The position numbers and the translations under genes are program-made. A stretch of DNA of 64,000 bases from positions 12,478,359 through 12,542,358 of the forward strand of contig OZ316893.1 of the NCBI GenBank assembly GCA_973895155.1. The letters run 5' to 3'. This document shows, one piece after another, positions 35,259 to 47,895 of this stretch. Every line of letters begins with the position of its first letter. The stretch's first letter is position 1. Source of the stretch: Marsupella aquatica (Eukaryota; Plantae; Marchantiophyta). Below the pieces are notes generated by a model. It did no database searches. It saw only the letters and a list, made by a program, of their open reading frames with translations, and was not told the DNA's origin.

Positions 35259-38200
35259 TGTTGAGCATAGACGACATTCGCAACGGCAAGCCCATGAACC
35301 ATCCAACGTACAATAGTCAACACAGAGAGATACATGGTTCACCTCCACATGAGGCTACGTCCACGGGAGCACACAAGAGCTTTACTGCACTCTAGGCCGA
35401 CTGGCCATACCAAGCATCCACAACATAAGCTCTCCCTATCTCTCAACTAGCTCTGTAACAATGAGTCTAAGTTCCACCAAGGTCTGGCATTAGCCCTGGC
35501 TATACTCACAACAACACTACCGCTAACATTAGCTAAGTCCTAACCCGAGTTAGACTAACTATGGTTAGCTCATGAGTCACAAGACTAGAGCAATATCTAA
35601 CAAACTCCCCCTTGACTCTTGTCTTGGGGACTGGACTAAATGCTACCATATGGAATCCTCAGCGGGAAGTTCTAGACAATCACCAAACCAGGTCTCCCTC
35701 TAAAAACCACAAGGGTTAACTAAGGGTTAACTAGAACTAAGCCGCAGCCAAATAGGAATGAGTAATCCATATACAAATAGTCACACATTGCTAAATAACT
35801 TTACTTGCATTACAACTACAAAACTTGCAAAGTAGCACGGTGTCTTGAGAAACTCTCCAAAGGAATCACTTTGGTAAAGGCATCAGCGGAATTGAGCTTT
35901 CCATCAATCTGGACTAGCTCAAAAGTTTTATCAGACACTGCTTGCCTGATAAAATGGTACCTGATATCAATGTGTTTCACCCTATTATCCATCACTTGGT
36001 TAGCAACCAAGTGAAGAGCACTCTGACTTCACAGTGTAGAGTCATTTTGCCATGTTCTAAACCCATCTCCGCGATCAACTTGTCCAACCATTGCTTCCTT
36101 TGTTGCTTCTGCTGCTGCAATATACTCTGCTTCTGTAGTAGATTGAGATATACACTTTTTCAAGGTAGATTTTCAACTAATACATCCTCCTCTAAGAGTA
36201 AATACAAACCCAGTTGTAGACCTCCTTGTGTCCAGACAGCCTCCATAGTCAGAATTTACATAGCCAACTAACGTTCTATTTGATCTGTCATCAAATAGTA
36301 ATCCATAGTCCTGTGTTCCCTTCAGATACTTGAGAATCCATTTCACAGCTTCCCAATGTACCTTCCCTGAATTTGACATGAATCTGCTTACCTTGCCCAT
36401 TGCTAGGGCCAAATCAGGCTTAGTACAAGTCATCAAATACATCAGACTACCTACTGCCTTCTCATAAGGAATCTTAGCCATCAGTCTTTTCTCCATAGCA
36501 TCCGTAGGAGAGAAAGCCGATGATAACTTGAAATGTGAAGCTAGAAAGGAATACTCACTGGCTTATAGTTTTCCATTTTGAATCGTGCAAGTACTTTCCT
36601 CGCATACTGGCTTTGACTCAAGCACAACTGTCTAGTTTCAGAGTTCCTAAAAATCTCCATCCCTAAGATCCTCTTGGCTTACCAAGATCCTTCATCCTGA
36701 ATTCAGAACTCAATTTTGCCTTGAGACTATCAACCTCAGATTGATCTTTAGCCACAATCAGCATGTCATCCACATAGATCACCAAAATGATGAAACCAAA
36801 TACATCATTCTTGACTGATTTTGTATACACACAAGGATCATACACCATCCTTGTAAAACCTTGAGCAAGCATAAAATCATCAAACCGCTTGTTCCATTGT
36901 CTGGGAGATTGCTTCAATCCATACAAGGACTTGAGCAATCTGCAAACTAAGTTCTCTTGGCCCTTCTTCATAAAGCCTAGTGGTTGTCTCATGAAGATCA
37001 TCTATTCCAAATTGCTATAGAGAAAAGCAATAACAACATCCATCTGATCCATCACCAGATCAAAAAACACAACAAGCTGATACAAGATCCGAATTATGGA
37101 ATACTTAGCCATCGGTGAAAAGACCTCATTGTAATCCATTCCTTTCTCTTGAGTAAATCTCTTGGCAACAAGCCTTGCCTTGTAGATCTTGTCTCCACCC
37201 TTTGAAGGACTGTCATTCAACTTGTAAATCCACTTGTTGTCCACCACTTGCTGACCTCTTGGAAGCTCCACCAGCTCCCATGTCTTGTTGTCACTCAAAG
37301 ATTACAACTCCCTCTGCATTGTTGCATTCCATTCATGCTTCTGCTCTGAAGCACAAGCCTCACTGTACGAAGAAGGTTCTCCTTCTTCCAAGATCAAAGC
37401 CATGTTATCATCATCAGGTGCAATGTCAATATCATCAGATAGCTTAGATGAGTCTGCCCATTGACCATACCTGGTAGGAGCTCTAGTAGAACAATTGGAA
37501 GTTCTTCTAGTAGATGACTCAGGCTGATCTGCTACTGCTGCAGGCTGAATTTGAGGTACTCTAGCAACAATCTGCTCCTCTTGTTCCATCACAGGAACCA
37601 GCTCTAAGCCCAGAGCTTCTCCATCTCTCCTGTCATAAACATCATCATGACTAATCTCCCCCTCAACCCGGTCCGAGATGGAAGATTTCCCCTTGTCAGT
37701 ATGGGAGTTCTGAGAACTCTCCCCCTCCTTTGATGATCTAGATTCATTAAAGGACACATCTCTACTGACAATTAGTTTATAAATTACTGGATCCCATAAC
37801 CTATAACCCTCCACACCTTTCTGATAGCCAAGGAAAATGCACTTCTTCGACTTGGACTCTAGCTTTGATTGAAGCTGGGAAGGTGTAAGCACATAAGCAT
37901 CACATCCAAAAATCTTTAGATGTGAGTAATCTGCTGGACGCCCGTACTTCATTTCAAATGGCATCTTGAATTCAATAGAATTGGATGAAGAAAAATTTAC
38001 CCAATAAGTTGCAGTGTTGACAGCTTCAGCCCAAAACTCATGTGGTAAGCATGATTGACTCAACATACTCCTCGAGCGGTCCAATAGTGTTTGGTTGAGT
38101 CTCTCAGATACACCATTCTGCTGAGGAGTAGAACTTGTTGTGAGATGGCGGGTAATCCCTGCTCCTTACAATACGTTCCAAATTCCCCGAAACTGTATTC

Positions 38201-41200
38201 ACCGTCATTATCCGATCAAAGATATCTCACCTTATTACCAATCTGATTCTCAACTTGGGCTTTCCACTTCTTAAAAGTGGCAAAAATATCAGACTTATTG
38301 TGTAGAAAGTATATCCACACATACCTTGAGTAAGATTTCGTCTATGAACGTGACATAGTATAACCGTCCAGAATGTGAGGGAGTAGGGGCTGGACCCCAC
38401 ACACACTATGTACATACTCAAGTACCTTCTTGCTGGTGTAAGTTCCAACTCCGAAGGGTTTCGTGTGCTGCTTCCCAAGCACACAGTGCTCACCAAATTC
38501 CAACTTACAAGATTGCAAATTAGAAAGTAATCTTTTTTTTCTGAAGAATAGCCAAACCTTTTTCACTCATGTGGCCCAAACAGAAGTGCCACATCCGGGC
38601 CGTCTTCTCATGAGATAAGGTTACATTGGCTTCATCATAGACTACATTGCCCTCCAAAACGTATAGATTGTTATGTCTCTTTCCCTTCACTACAACTTTA
38701 GTACCAGTTGAAACCTGAAGGACACCATTAGCAGAACTCCACTGATGACCATTTGCTTCTAAAACTCCAAGTGAAATGAGAATTTTCATCATGCTGGGAA
38801 TATATCTTACATTCCTCAATGTTATCATAGCACCATCAAACATATGAAATCTAACAGATCCAAGTCCAACTACTTGACATGGGATTCCATTTCCCATCAA
38901 CACTGACCCGTTGGAAACCGTGTAAGAACTAAAAAAATCTCTCCTAGAGCAAATGTGAAAAGTATATGCACTATCTAGAATCCAGTCATTACTACCTGGA
39001 TTTGACACTACGTTGAGAGCATAACCTTGGCATCACAATATGTCATCATCATCAAGCAAATCTACCTCATGCGAGTTCGATGTCGCCTTAGCTGATGCAG
39101 TAGGGTCCTTTACTCGACAATCCCTTTTCATGTGGCCAGACTTGCCACATCTCCAACATGCAAGAGGCTCCTCTCTTGCGATTTTCTTCTAGGTTTAGAT
39201 CTCCCCCGTGATGTAGATCTAAATCTATTCTGCCCATTCGTGTGTTGCGCTGATCTTCCACGGTTCACGTTCAGCGTAGTGCAAGAAGAAGATGCAGTCT
39301 GTGATTGACCCAACTTCTTCTGAGCATTATCAGACAGTAAAGAGCTCACTACCTCATTATACAAAATGGACTTCAAATCTCTGTACAAGAGCACTTGTTT
39401 CAAGCCCTGATAAGATGGCGGTAAGGAGCTTAATAGAATCAAGGCCTTATCCTCATCTTCAACTCCCTTACCCAGGTTTGACAGATCCACCGCTAGACTG
39501 TCAAACTCATCCAGGTGATCCTGCAACTTGCTCCCTTCCTTGAGCCTGAGGCTCATCAAGAGAGACTTCTTGTACAGCCGGTTTGACGTATCTTCCTGGT
39601 AGTACTTCTCTCTTAGAGCCTTGAATAGTGACGCGCAATCCGCATAATCATCTAGCTTCTTGATGATGTGCGGCTTCAGATAAAGCATCACTGCATTGAC
39701 AGCAATCACCTGCTCTTGTCTCCACTACTTTTTTGAGATCTCCTCCTCTCCATCATATTGCTCTCGCGAAGAGAGCAGATGAGCTAAGCCCATGGCCCTA
39801 AGAACACCCTTCACTTGCTTCTCCCAGAGCAAGTAATCAGTACAACCATCGTACTTCTCCACCTCAAACTTCACTCCTCCAAATCTAGCCATCTCCCTCT
39901 TCTTCCCCACTACTAACAGCTCTGGTAGTAGGATAGCTTCCTCCACAGCACACCGCACCGGTGATCGTACCGGTGATACTAGTTCCTCCTCAAACGGTAG
40001 CAGCTCCTCTTTAGACTCTCTATCTGACCGTCGTGATCCTGAAGCTCCACCGATGCCAATTCTTCCAGTATTCTTCGAGTCACTCATATGAGAAAATCAT
40101 GAAAAAAAGTCTTTTTTCAAAACTTCTCATAAAACTCAAAACTCAACACCGCCGCGTAGCCCACGAAGCTAGGAGTCCAATACTGAAAGCGGAAATCAAA
40201 ATCAAAATTCGACGGAAAAGTTATTCAAATTTTGATCGGGGTGGGTAAAACCTTAGGAAACTCCCCCATTTTGACCACCTCAGAGAATAACCGAATTACC
40301 AAGTATAACCCATCGTCGGAATAGCGATGTGATCGGTACGCCGCGTTGCCAACTTCAATGGCTACAACCTCGCCAAAAAAGAACCAAAAAAGTTACCGTT
40401 TGGCAAACGGAATCTTTGTCGGACGGCCAAAAAATAGCTCTCGATCTGTTTTTTGGGAATATTCCCGCACAGTCCGACAGGGCTCACAGGGGGCCATTCC
40501 CCGTGTCGAAGCGGTTAAAACAAAGGGCAACAGGTCCCGACACAAGGAGAACAAAGGGGAGGAAAAACGACTTAAAAAAGGTGTCTTAAAGGGGGTGCTA
40601 AGCCCCTTAGACCTTAAATACCCCGTAAAGGGCCGAGTATATGTCGATCAGGGGTATAGGGGGCCGCAAAGGGGGTGACACGTGGCCAGCTACGGCTTCT
40701 TACACAGCTGGATACGGGGTCGGGGGCGAAAAAATGCCGTGCGCCGGGGAGGGGCGTCGGCAAGAGGCAGGGCAGGGCGCAAGGAGGTGGCAGGGCCGAT
40801 AGGGCGTGAGCCGGTGGAGAGGGTGCGGGGGTGGAGTGGTCGTTGCTGGCGCCGGCAGCCTGAGGCGAGGAGTGCACGAGCCCAAAAATATTTTGGACGG
40901 CTGCTGCGAAGCCGTGTACTGTGCGAGCCGGCACACGAAAAAAGTGTCCTTAAAGTAACCAAAAAAAATATGTCATTTTCAAAGAAAAAAGCCGGTTACA
41001 CACCTAAATCGTCGCTGTTTTAAACAAGAAAACAACGAGTTACTGACGGGATCATATGTTGCCAAATCACACCGGCGCCGTCTGCAGCTCCAGCACTGTA
41101 AAAGCTCTCCGTCGTGTCGTCTTCACTCCGCGTCAAGTGCCAATCCCGGGCTCAAAATGATCGTCTCGCAGCGATCAAACAGTTGAGCCATAGCACTTCA

Positions 41201-42027
41201 CATTTCTTCCACTGAGTCAGACATCACGAAGAGAAACCCGGTTCAGATGGGAACAAGCTCCATAGCTTGTGAAAAAACCTGAACGCCTTCGTCACTCGTC
41301 ACGTCGCACTCGGTAACAACTCGGTAGCAATCCAGCTACCGAAACGACCAGCTTGCTTCAACCTTCAACTTGAGCTATAATGTGCAATCCCTCCCGCACC
41401 GCACAACTCACACCGTTGAAAAATGCGAACTTTGGTCTCTCCCCCGAAATACCGTCAAACACGAATAAACCCTGAACGACGCAAACTTCAATTCCTCCGC
41501 ACCACGGATACCGATCAGCAAGTTCTAACCACCGTTAGAAAGCCCTCTCACTAACCTATCCGCATAGCTACACACATTCGAGTTTCATGCAATGAAACTC
41601 CGAATGTACCATCGACAATGAACGCTGGAAAAAACCTGTCACGAAAAAACCTCGTCACCTCCCAGGCATGCTCTGATACCACTTGTTGTGCATAGACGAC
41701 ATTCGCAACGGCAAGCCCATGAACCATCCAACGTACAATAGTCGACATAGAGAGATACGTGGTTCACCTCCACATGAGGCTACATCCATGGGAACACACA
41801 AGAGCTTTATTGCACTCTAGGCCGACTGGCCATACCAAACATCCACAGCACAAGCTCTCCCTATCTCTCAACTAGCTCCGTAACAATGAGCCTAAGTTTC
41901 ACCAAGGTCTGGCATCAGCCCTGGCTATACTCACAACAGCACTACCGCTAACATTAGCTAAGTCCTAACCCAAGTTAGCCTAACTGTGGTTAGCTCATGA
42001 GTCACAAGACTAGAGCAATATCTAACA
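35259..42027 (-). mobile_element. Full-length, decayed Ty1/copia LTR retrotransposon (Tnt1/Tork-like)
   Basis: LTRs 35259-35602 and 41684-42027 (344 bp, TG...CA). TSD ACTCT at 35254-35258 and 42028-42032. PBS TGGTATCAGAGC (tRNA-iMet) at 41670-41681. PPT AAGGGGGAGTT next to 35602. Domain order gag (KFEVEKYDG, LLSSLPPSY), protease (WILDSA), integrase (FWAEAVNTA, KKCIFLGY), RT (YKARLVAK, SLYGLKQSPRQW, YVDDML), RNase H (KHIDIRYHF), with many stops and frameshifts. Confidence 0.97.
35816..40087 (-). pseudogene. Disrupted copia gag-pol polyprotein
   Basis: Fragment ORFs 39725-40087, 39128-39709, 38520-39008, 37302-38084, 37002-37298, 36663-37001, 36173-36496 and 35816-36010 lie in copia order. Confidence 0.92.
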
Positions 42028-42724
42028 ACTCTCAGGAATGTCAGGGTTTTCAGTTGTAGGTTAAGAAAAGTAACTCGGGTTAGCTCATCGGGATCCAACA
42101 ACTGACATCGCTCCTGGAACGGGAATCAAACAGCCGCCATGTCCCTCAAGGTTAAGTCAACGACCCTCAGTTCATATTTCACGGAGGGGTGGTTGGCTGC
42201 TCCGACTCTCCCTTTGTTCTCCCGCAAACCTGTTTTCACCCGGCTGCTAGAGGGCCCCTCCTGCCCGTTGCCCGACTGCGTCTTTGCTCCCTGCCCTGAC
42301 TGCGCTTTCACTCCCTGCTGCTGCATCTTCACCTACCAAGTAATTTTGCTCACCCCAACTGCGTACCCCAACTGCGTCTGGCCCCGCCTGGGCTGCGCCG
42401 TTGCGTCCTTCCTGCGCCCTGACCCTCCCCGAGTCCCTCCTGCAAAACACTACTAGTTATGTGCGGCCTGGCCTGAAGTACTCTCTCCGCTGGGAAAGAC
42501 TCTCATTTTTTCTTGTGTGTGGCCACCATAGCCAGAGCTTGAAATGAGGGTTGGATCATGCCCGTGTCCACCAATGCTGGTCTCAATCCCACATGAAGTG
42601 AGACTGGCGGTCTTGTTTGCCTCACTCCAGACTGTGATTACACTGAACCTTTAAGCAGAGCTGATCAGACTCCTCCTCCACCAGCTAGTGCTCTTACATG
42701 CTCTTACCTGTTGCCAAACTCCTC

Positions 42725-43500
42725 TCTCCCCAAACTGAGCTAAATTACTAACTTGCCCCCAAAATTATTTTAATTGCAAGGTTGCCTCCCATATTGTATA
42801 CATGGGTTACATTAACAGTTTTAGTTGACCCAAGGTGATTTCTCATTGGTGGACTAACATGTGGCAAGGCACTATTGGCTCTGCCTTACCCTGGCAGAGT
42901 TTACCCTCACCGGGCTAGTTCTTTCCCATTTTTTGAACAAGCCTTGCACCAAACAGGGCTGGCCCCTCCCCCTCGCAAGTTTCATTCCCAACCGGGATCC
43001 CAACCCTGACGACCTGGCTGGTTGGGTGCTGCAATTTCCCTTCAATGGGGTCCCACACTCCATAGGGGCCTGATGATCCTTGGGTCCCGAGGATCCATCC
43101 TACTCCCACTTTTCTGAAGGAAAGAGGCCCCGAGAGTATACATAGTTTCCATGTGTAAACAACCTACATTTGGGCCTATCACCTATTTTGAGCTAGGTCA
43201 TCAGGATTTAAAACTCGAGAGGGGGATGGGCCAGCCCTGTTTGGTGCAGGGCTCATTCAAAAAATGTGAAAGAGGTAGCCCAGTGAGGGTAAATTATGCC
43301 AGGGTAAGGCGGAGCCAATAGTGCCTTGCCACATGTTAGTCCACCAATGAGAAATCACCCTGGGTTAAATAACTAAAACTGTTAATGTAACCTGTGTATA
43401 CAATATGGGGGGGGGGGGGGGGGCAACCTAGCAATTAAAAATAATTTTGGGGGGAAGTTAGTAATTTAGCTCAATTTGGGGGACACTTTAGTAAAAAGTT
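42725..43500. mobile_element. Foldback / long-TIR (Mutator-like) non-autonomous element
   Basis: Left arm ~42725-42982 is the reverse complement of right arm ~43210-43500 (e.g. ggtgatttctcattggtggactaacatgtggcaaggcactattggctc / gagccaatagtgccttgccacatgttagtccaccaatgagaaatcacc). Right terminus ttgggggacactttagtaaaaa resembles the end of the 3291-3797 element. Confidence 0.85.
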
Positions 43501-43919
43501 GTTACCAAAAACCCCTCTCAACTTTGGCTTCCAGTTATGGCAACTTATCCTAACTAACAAAATTTTGAAAAAGTCAGTCACTTTTGTTGCACCTACTTGT
43601 GTTAGACGCAGACACAATTATAAGTTATCACTAACTTACTATCAGGTTTGAGGACCCTGCCACATTATTACTCTCCACGTGTAGGTTTTCAATTCATTAT
43701 AAGCTTTACATTCTTAGTGCAAAGCTGGGCCTGGCAAACACAACAGAAATTTCAGGCAGTTCAATAAAGTTATCCTTAATGTAAAGGGGCCAAAACCAGG
43801 GCCAGATTCCCAATTTGATTTTTTAGTGTGTTTCCTTAAAGTTTCGTAAAGTTCCCCTGCCGTAGGCCAGTTTAGCAAACAGTTTAGCAAATAAGCAGGT
43901 GAGTTAAGAGGTGCACTCT

Positions 43920-44130
43920 GAGAAGCAGCCAGCTCGATTTGGAAAGCAGCTTGATCTGGGAAGCAACTAGCAAGAAAGGGGGCAGGAAAGCAGCGAAGCA
44001 GGAAAGCAGCTCAATCTGGGAAGCAGCCAGTTCGATTTGGAAAGCAGCAGCAGCTTGATCTGGGAAGCAGCAGCTCGATTTGGAAAGCAGCTCAAAGCGA
44101 AGCAGGAAAACACAGGAAAGCAGTGAGCAG
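43920..44130. repeat. Degenerate minisatellite (gcagctcgatttggaaagca / gcttgatctgggaagca units)
   Basis: Units seen about six times in tandem. Confidence 0.7.
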
Positions 44131-44664
44131 CGAAGCAAGACAGCAACTTGCATGCTATTTCTCAGCAGCTCGAGGCGATGGAGGGAATGAGCTTGCAGCA
44201 TTGTCAGGCCTGAGCAGCAGCGACGGAGGCGAGGATGGAGCGATGGAGACAAGGAAGCTGGGCAGTGCTCAGCAGCTCGAAGCTATGGAGGGCTTGGGCA
44301 ACGATGCAGTGAAAACGGGCTTGGGCAAGAAAAGAGCAGAACATCGGGCCTGATACTAACTTGCGGTGAGAAGGGCCACACACTATTGGAAGGACAAAAA
44401 ACAGGTTTTGCCCTGTTTCTCTACCCCGAGTACTCGAAGTTTCCATTTACGTTAACTCGTCCATTAATTTGCACTAAAGTCACGACCAGACGCCCTTAAT
44501 TATGCACATGCGGATAACGTTAATGTTAAGTGAAAAGAGTACCCAAAAGTAGGATCAAATCCATAAGCTCTCCTTTACGATTATATGTTCTTCCATATTT
44601 CTCCCTAATACGCGGGTTGACTCTACACTATGAAGCTGAGACCATATGCCCTTAATCCTATATG

Positions 44665-45480
44665 CAAACATCCAATGTAGACACAGAAAAATGTGAATCA
44701 ACAATGAGAAATTGCATTACGCTCTCAGGAGCTCATCCGGAATTCCACATGAGTAAGAATTGTTCTCATGATCATCCTTCGAACAACGAACCATTAAGTG
44801 TGACGGGTAATCTTGTGTGTTAGGGCTTGAACGAGAGTGCTACCCGAGCTGGGTACAGGGTACAAGTTGCACATAGCGGCTGCGTGGCTGGGTCGTGACT
44901 TCCATTGGAGGTGGAGTCAGGAAGCATTTGGTGATTGCCTAAAAGACCTTAGGGCGGGGGTTAATCGATGACATCAACTAGGAGTATGTTTGGCGGCGGA
45001 ACATAAAGTACACCTGAAAAAGAGAGGAGCGATTATTGTTTGTCTAGAGCACTCACTAGTTGGGGAATCTCTGAACTATGGATCTGAGCCGATCATAAAT
45101 GATGATAAAGAAAAGAAAGGAACATTCATAAACACAAGCATGATAGGCAAAACATCCATTGTAGACACCGAATAAGTGAATAACAAGAAAAATGGTATTA
45201 TGCTCAGAGGGGCATCCAACATGAGTAATACTTGTTCTCATGCACATCCTTAGAACAACGAACACAACAAGATACGAGCTGCTTTATCACTACAAGAACT
45301 TACCCGGAATTCAACATGCGTAAGAATTATTCTCAGGATCATCCAAAGAACAACGAACATAACAAAAAAGAGCTGCTTTATCAGTAGTAGTAGGCGCTTA
45401 TCCAGAATTCAGCATGAGTAAGAATTGTTCTCATGATCATCTTTAGAACAACGAACTCAACAGGGCAAGAGCTGTTTTAT
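44665..45480. repeat. Four copies of a ~60-120-bp unit downstream of UGT copy A; single copy at ~52876-53008 downstream of copy B
   Basis: Core catgagtaagaattgttctcatgatcatcctt(a/c)gaacaacgaac at ~44748, ~45220, ~45315, ~45413 and ~52960. Confidence 0.8.
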
Positions 45481-45772
45481 TAGTAGTCCTGCTAGCTCAG
45501 TTCAAAACAACAACGAGCATCCAGGCAAGGAACAGGACACAGTGACACATCACAAAAAACTAAACTCATTTACTTTCCGCTATAACCTTACACCAAAGAC
45601 TGTAAACCTCAACTCTAAGCGTCCAAACGATCAACCGAGCAGTATCGCAAAGAGAAAGAGGATCTGGTCACAGAATCCCTTGGACAAAAAATTTATGGGT
45701 ACCCGTTCCAGGTGGAATCGGTTCTCCAAGATCATTCGAAAGAGAGGGCCTGTTCACAGAATCCCAAGGTAG

Positions 45773-47203
45773 TTAAAAATTACAATTACCCGTTCTAGGG
45801 GGAATCCATTCTACAAGATCATTCAGAGCTTTATTGCTGCTTCCTCCTTTTGCCACAGCTGCTTCTGCCTTCTTCTTCAGCTCCTGAACTCTCGCTCTCA
45901 ACGCATTTCCTTTATCCGACAAGAGAAGTCGCATTGCGTCCTCGAGTCCTACAAGACTCATGGGACTCTTAGGATTTCTACCTCTCACTTCAACTCCAAT
46001 TTTCAGCACATCCACCAGGTACCTGCAGTTTAGAAGCGTATCACTAGTGACAAGAGGCCAACATGCCATCGGTACGCCCGAACTTACGCTTTCGATAATG
46101 GAGTTCCAGCCGCAGTGTGTCACAAAGGCTCCGATGGCATGGTGTTGCAGCACTCGTAGCTGCGGCACCCATCCTCTGACCACCAATCCCCTTTCTCTCG
46201 TTCGTGCTTCAAAATCCGGGGGAATCGCTTTTGCAGCGGCTCCAGATGCCACCCACAGAAAACTTTGCTCACTAGCCTCCAGCCCTTGAGCTAACTCCTC
46301 GACCTCATGGGGAGATAAAGTAGCCACAGTGCCGATGCAGACATAAACAACTGATCGAGATGGCCGTCTATCGAGCCATTGCAACGGATCAATTCCTCGT
46401 TTGTTCCCTTCTAGGCTCCGATCCTTGAAGTTGGCAGCGTTCGAAAGGGGCCCAACTAAAAACAATTTCGGGATCTTCCCTGGAGAAACGTCTTTCCAAG
46501 CCAGCTGCAGTGCGTCCATCGGAGCAGCTTCCAAATCGTAAAAGGTGTTCACAATCACAGCATCAGCTTTGTTTATCTCACGCCCTACCTCAAAAAAACT
46601 TAAATTCCCAGACGGCGGCGGAGGTTGGAGCATATCTCGATACTCTAATGGTGGAAGACCAGGTATTTTCAAGTAGCCCTCAAATTCTTCAATGTATGGA
46701 GCTCCATCTGGATCGTGCTTGATGATCAAAGTCCCGTCAGCAATCCGCGAAGGTAACTCAGCGAGTTGTCTCACGTGGGTCCCTCCACAGCTGTGAAACT
46801 GATAATACGGTATGCTCAACTGATTAGCTGCGTCTCTGATCCACGTCAAGAACCGATCGGCGATGATGCAGGTAGGTCCAGAAATTCCTCCGTTCCGATC
46901 CGCCAGCAGCTTCTCAAGGACGGGCTGGAAGTGGCTTCGTGCAGTAGCCAGTTCGTTGCCAGTGTCGACCAGAACGTCTCCAGTTCGGGGGATATCTTCA
47001 AATCCAAAATCCTGGTAGGAAATTAGATTGAAGTCAAGTCCATGTAATTCATCGAAAGTCCGGACGAGTACGATGAACTTTTCGGAACCTACTAGTGTGA
47101 CAGTGACACCTCTCTTCGCAATTTGGAGTGCAAACCTGTAGATCCCGAATAAGTGGGCCTGCGCGAGCAGTGGTACAAGCAAAGCATGCTTTTTGCAGTT
47201 CAT
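45773..47203 (-). CDS. UDP-glycosyltransferase (GT1 family), 476 aa, intronless; copy A
   Basis: N-terminal HALLVPLLAQAHL (catalytic His), CIIADRF, VNTFYDLE, VVYVCIGT and PSPG box WVPQLRVLQHHAIGAFVTHCGWNSIIESVSSGVPMACWPLVTSDT. Confidence 0.95.
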   Translation of the reverse strand: MNCKKHALLVPLLAQAHLFGIYRFALQIAKRGVTVTLVGSEKFIVLVRTFDELHGLDFNLISYQDFGFEDIPRTGDVLVDTGNELATARSHFQPVLEKLLADRNGGISGPTCIIADRFLTWIRDAANQLSIPYYQFHSCGGTHVRQLAELPSRIADGTLIIKHDPDGAPYIEEFEGYLKIPGLPPLEYRDMLQPPPPSGNLSFFEVGREINKADAVIVNTFYDLEAAPMDALQLAWKDVSPGKIPKLFLVGPLSNAANFKDRSLEGNKRGIDPLQWLDRRPSRSVVYVCIGTVATLSPHEVEELAQGLEASEQSFLWVASGAAAKAIPPDFEARTRERGLVVRGWVPQLRVLQHHAIGAFVTHCGWNSIIESVSSGVPMACWPLVTSDTLLNCRYLVDVLKIGVEVRGRNPKSPMSLVGLEDAMRLLLSDKGNALRARVQELKKKAEAAVAKGGSSNKALNDLVEWIPPRTGNCNF

Positions 47204-47895
47204 TTTCGGGACTGAATTCGCCGCTTCAGCTGCTATCCAACCTTCCTCGACAATTCCCGTTCGATTTGCTGCCTTGTGAGTACAGAAAAAAACGAAAGCA
47301 CTCTTTCCATCAAACGATCAACACATTGTTGTCATTCAGGACGGTTTTGTACTCTCGATCCCACTTCCGCTCATTTGGCTTGCTGAGTGTACTCCGAGGT
47401 CACGTTCTCCATGTGTAGCAAGGGAGTTATTGGGCGGATAGATCCGTATCCGGATTTTATACGTGTTCAGTCGATGCGGAGCTCGGAGGAAGCCGGAAGG
47501 TTTTACTTATCCCCTCTGTTTCATCCTTACTATATAATTCTTACAACTACTGTAAATTATACGAGGCCCGTCAAATCCATTATATCGCCTTGGAGACAGA
47601 CCGATCAGTACTCTTTGCGTAAGTTAAATGTGGATTCCTTTCTTCCTACGTTCTAAAATTCGCTGTGTAGTGCAGCAACCAATGCAGAAAGAACAATCCG
47701 TGGTAAAAAGAACAATCCGTGGTAAAATTATCGTGGGAACTGCCATATGTAAATAAGGTCAGCTCGAAATGTACCAAATAGTTTTCACATTTGATGGCAA
47801 ATGGAGTCGGCAGTGCAAATCGTACAGGGACCATAGTTGCCTTTACTCACACACCTTTTCCAGCCCAAGCACATTCGCCCTCTTCAAAGCTATGA

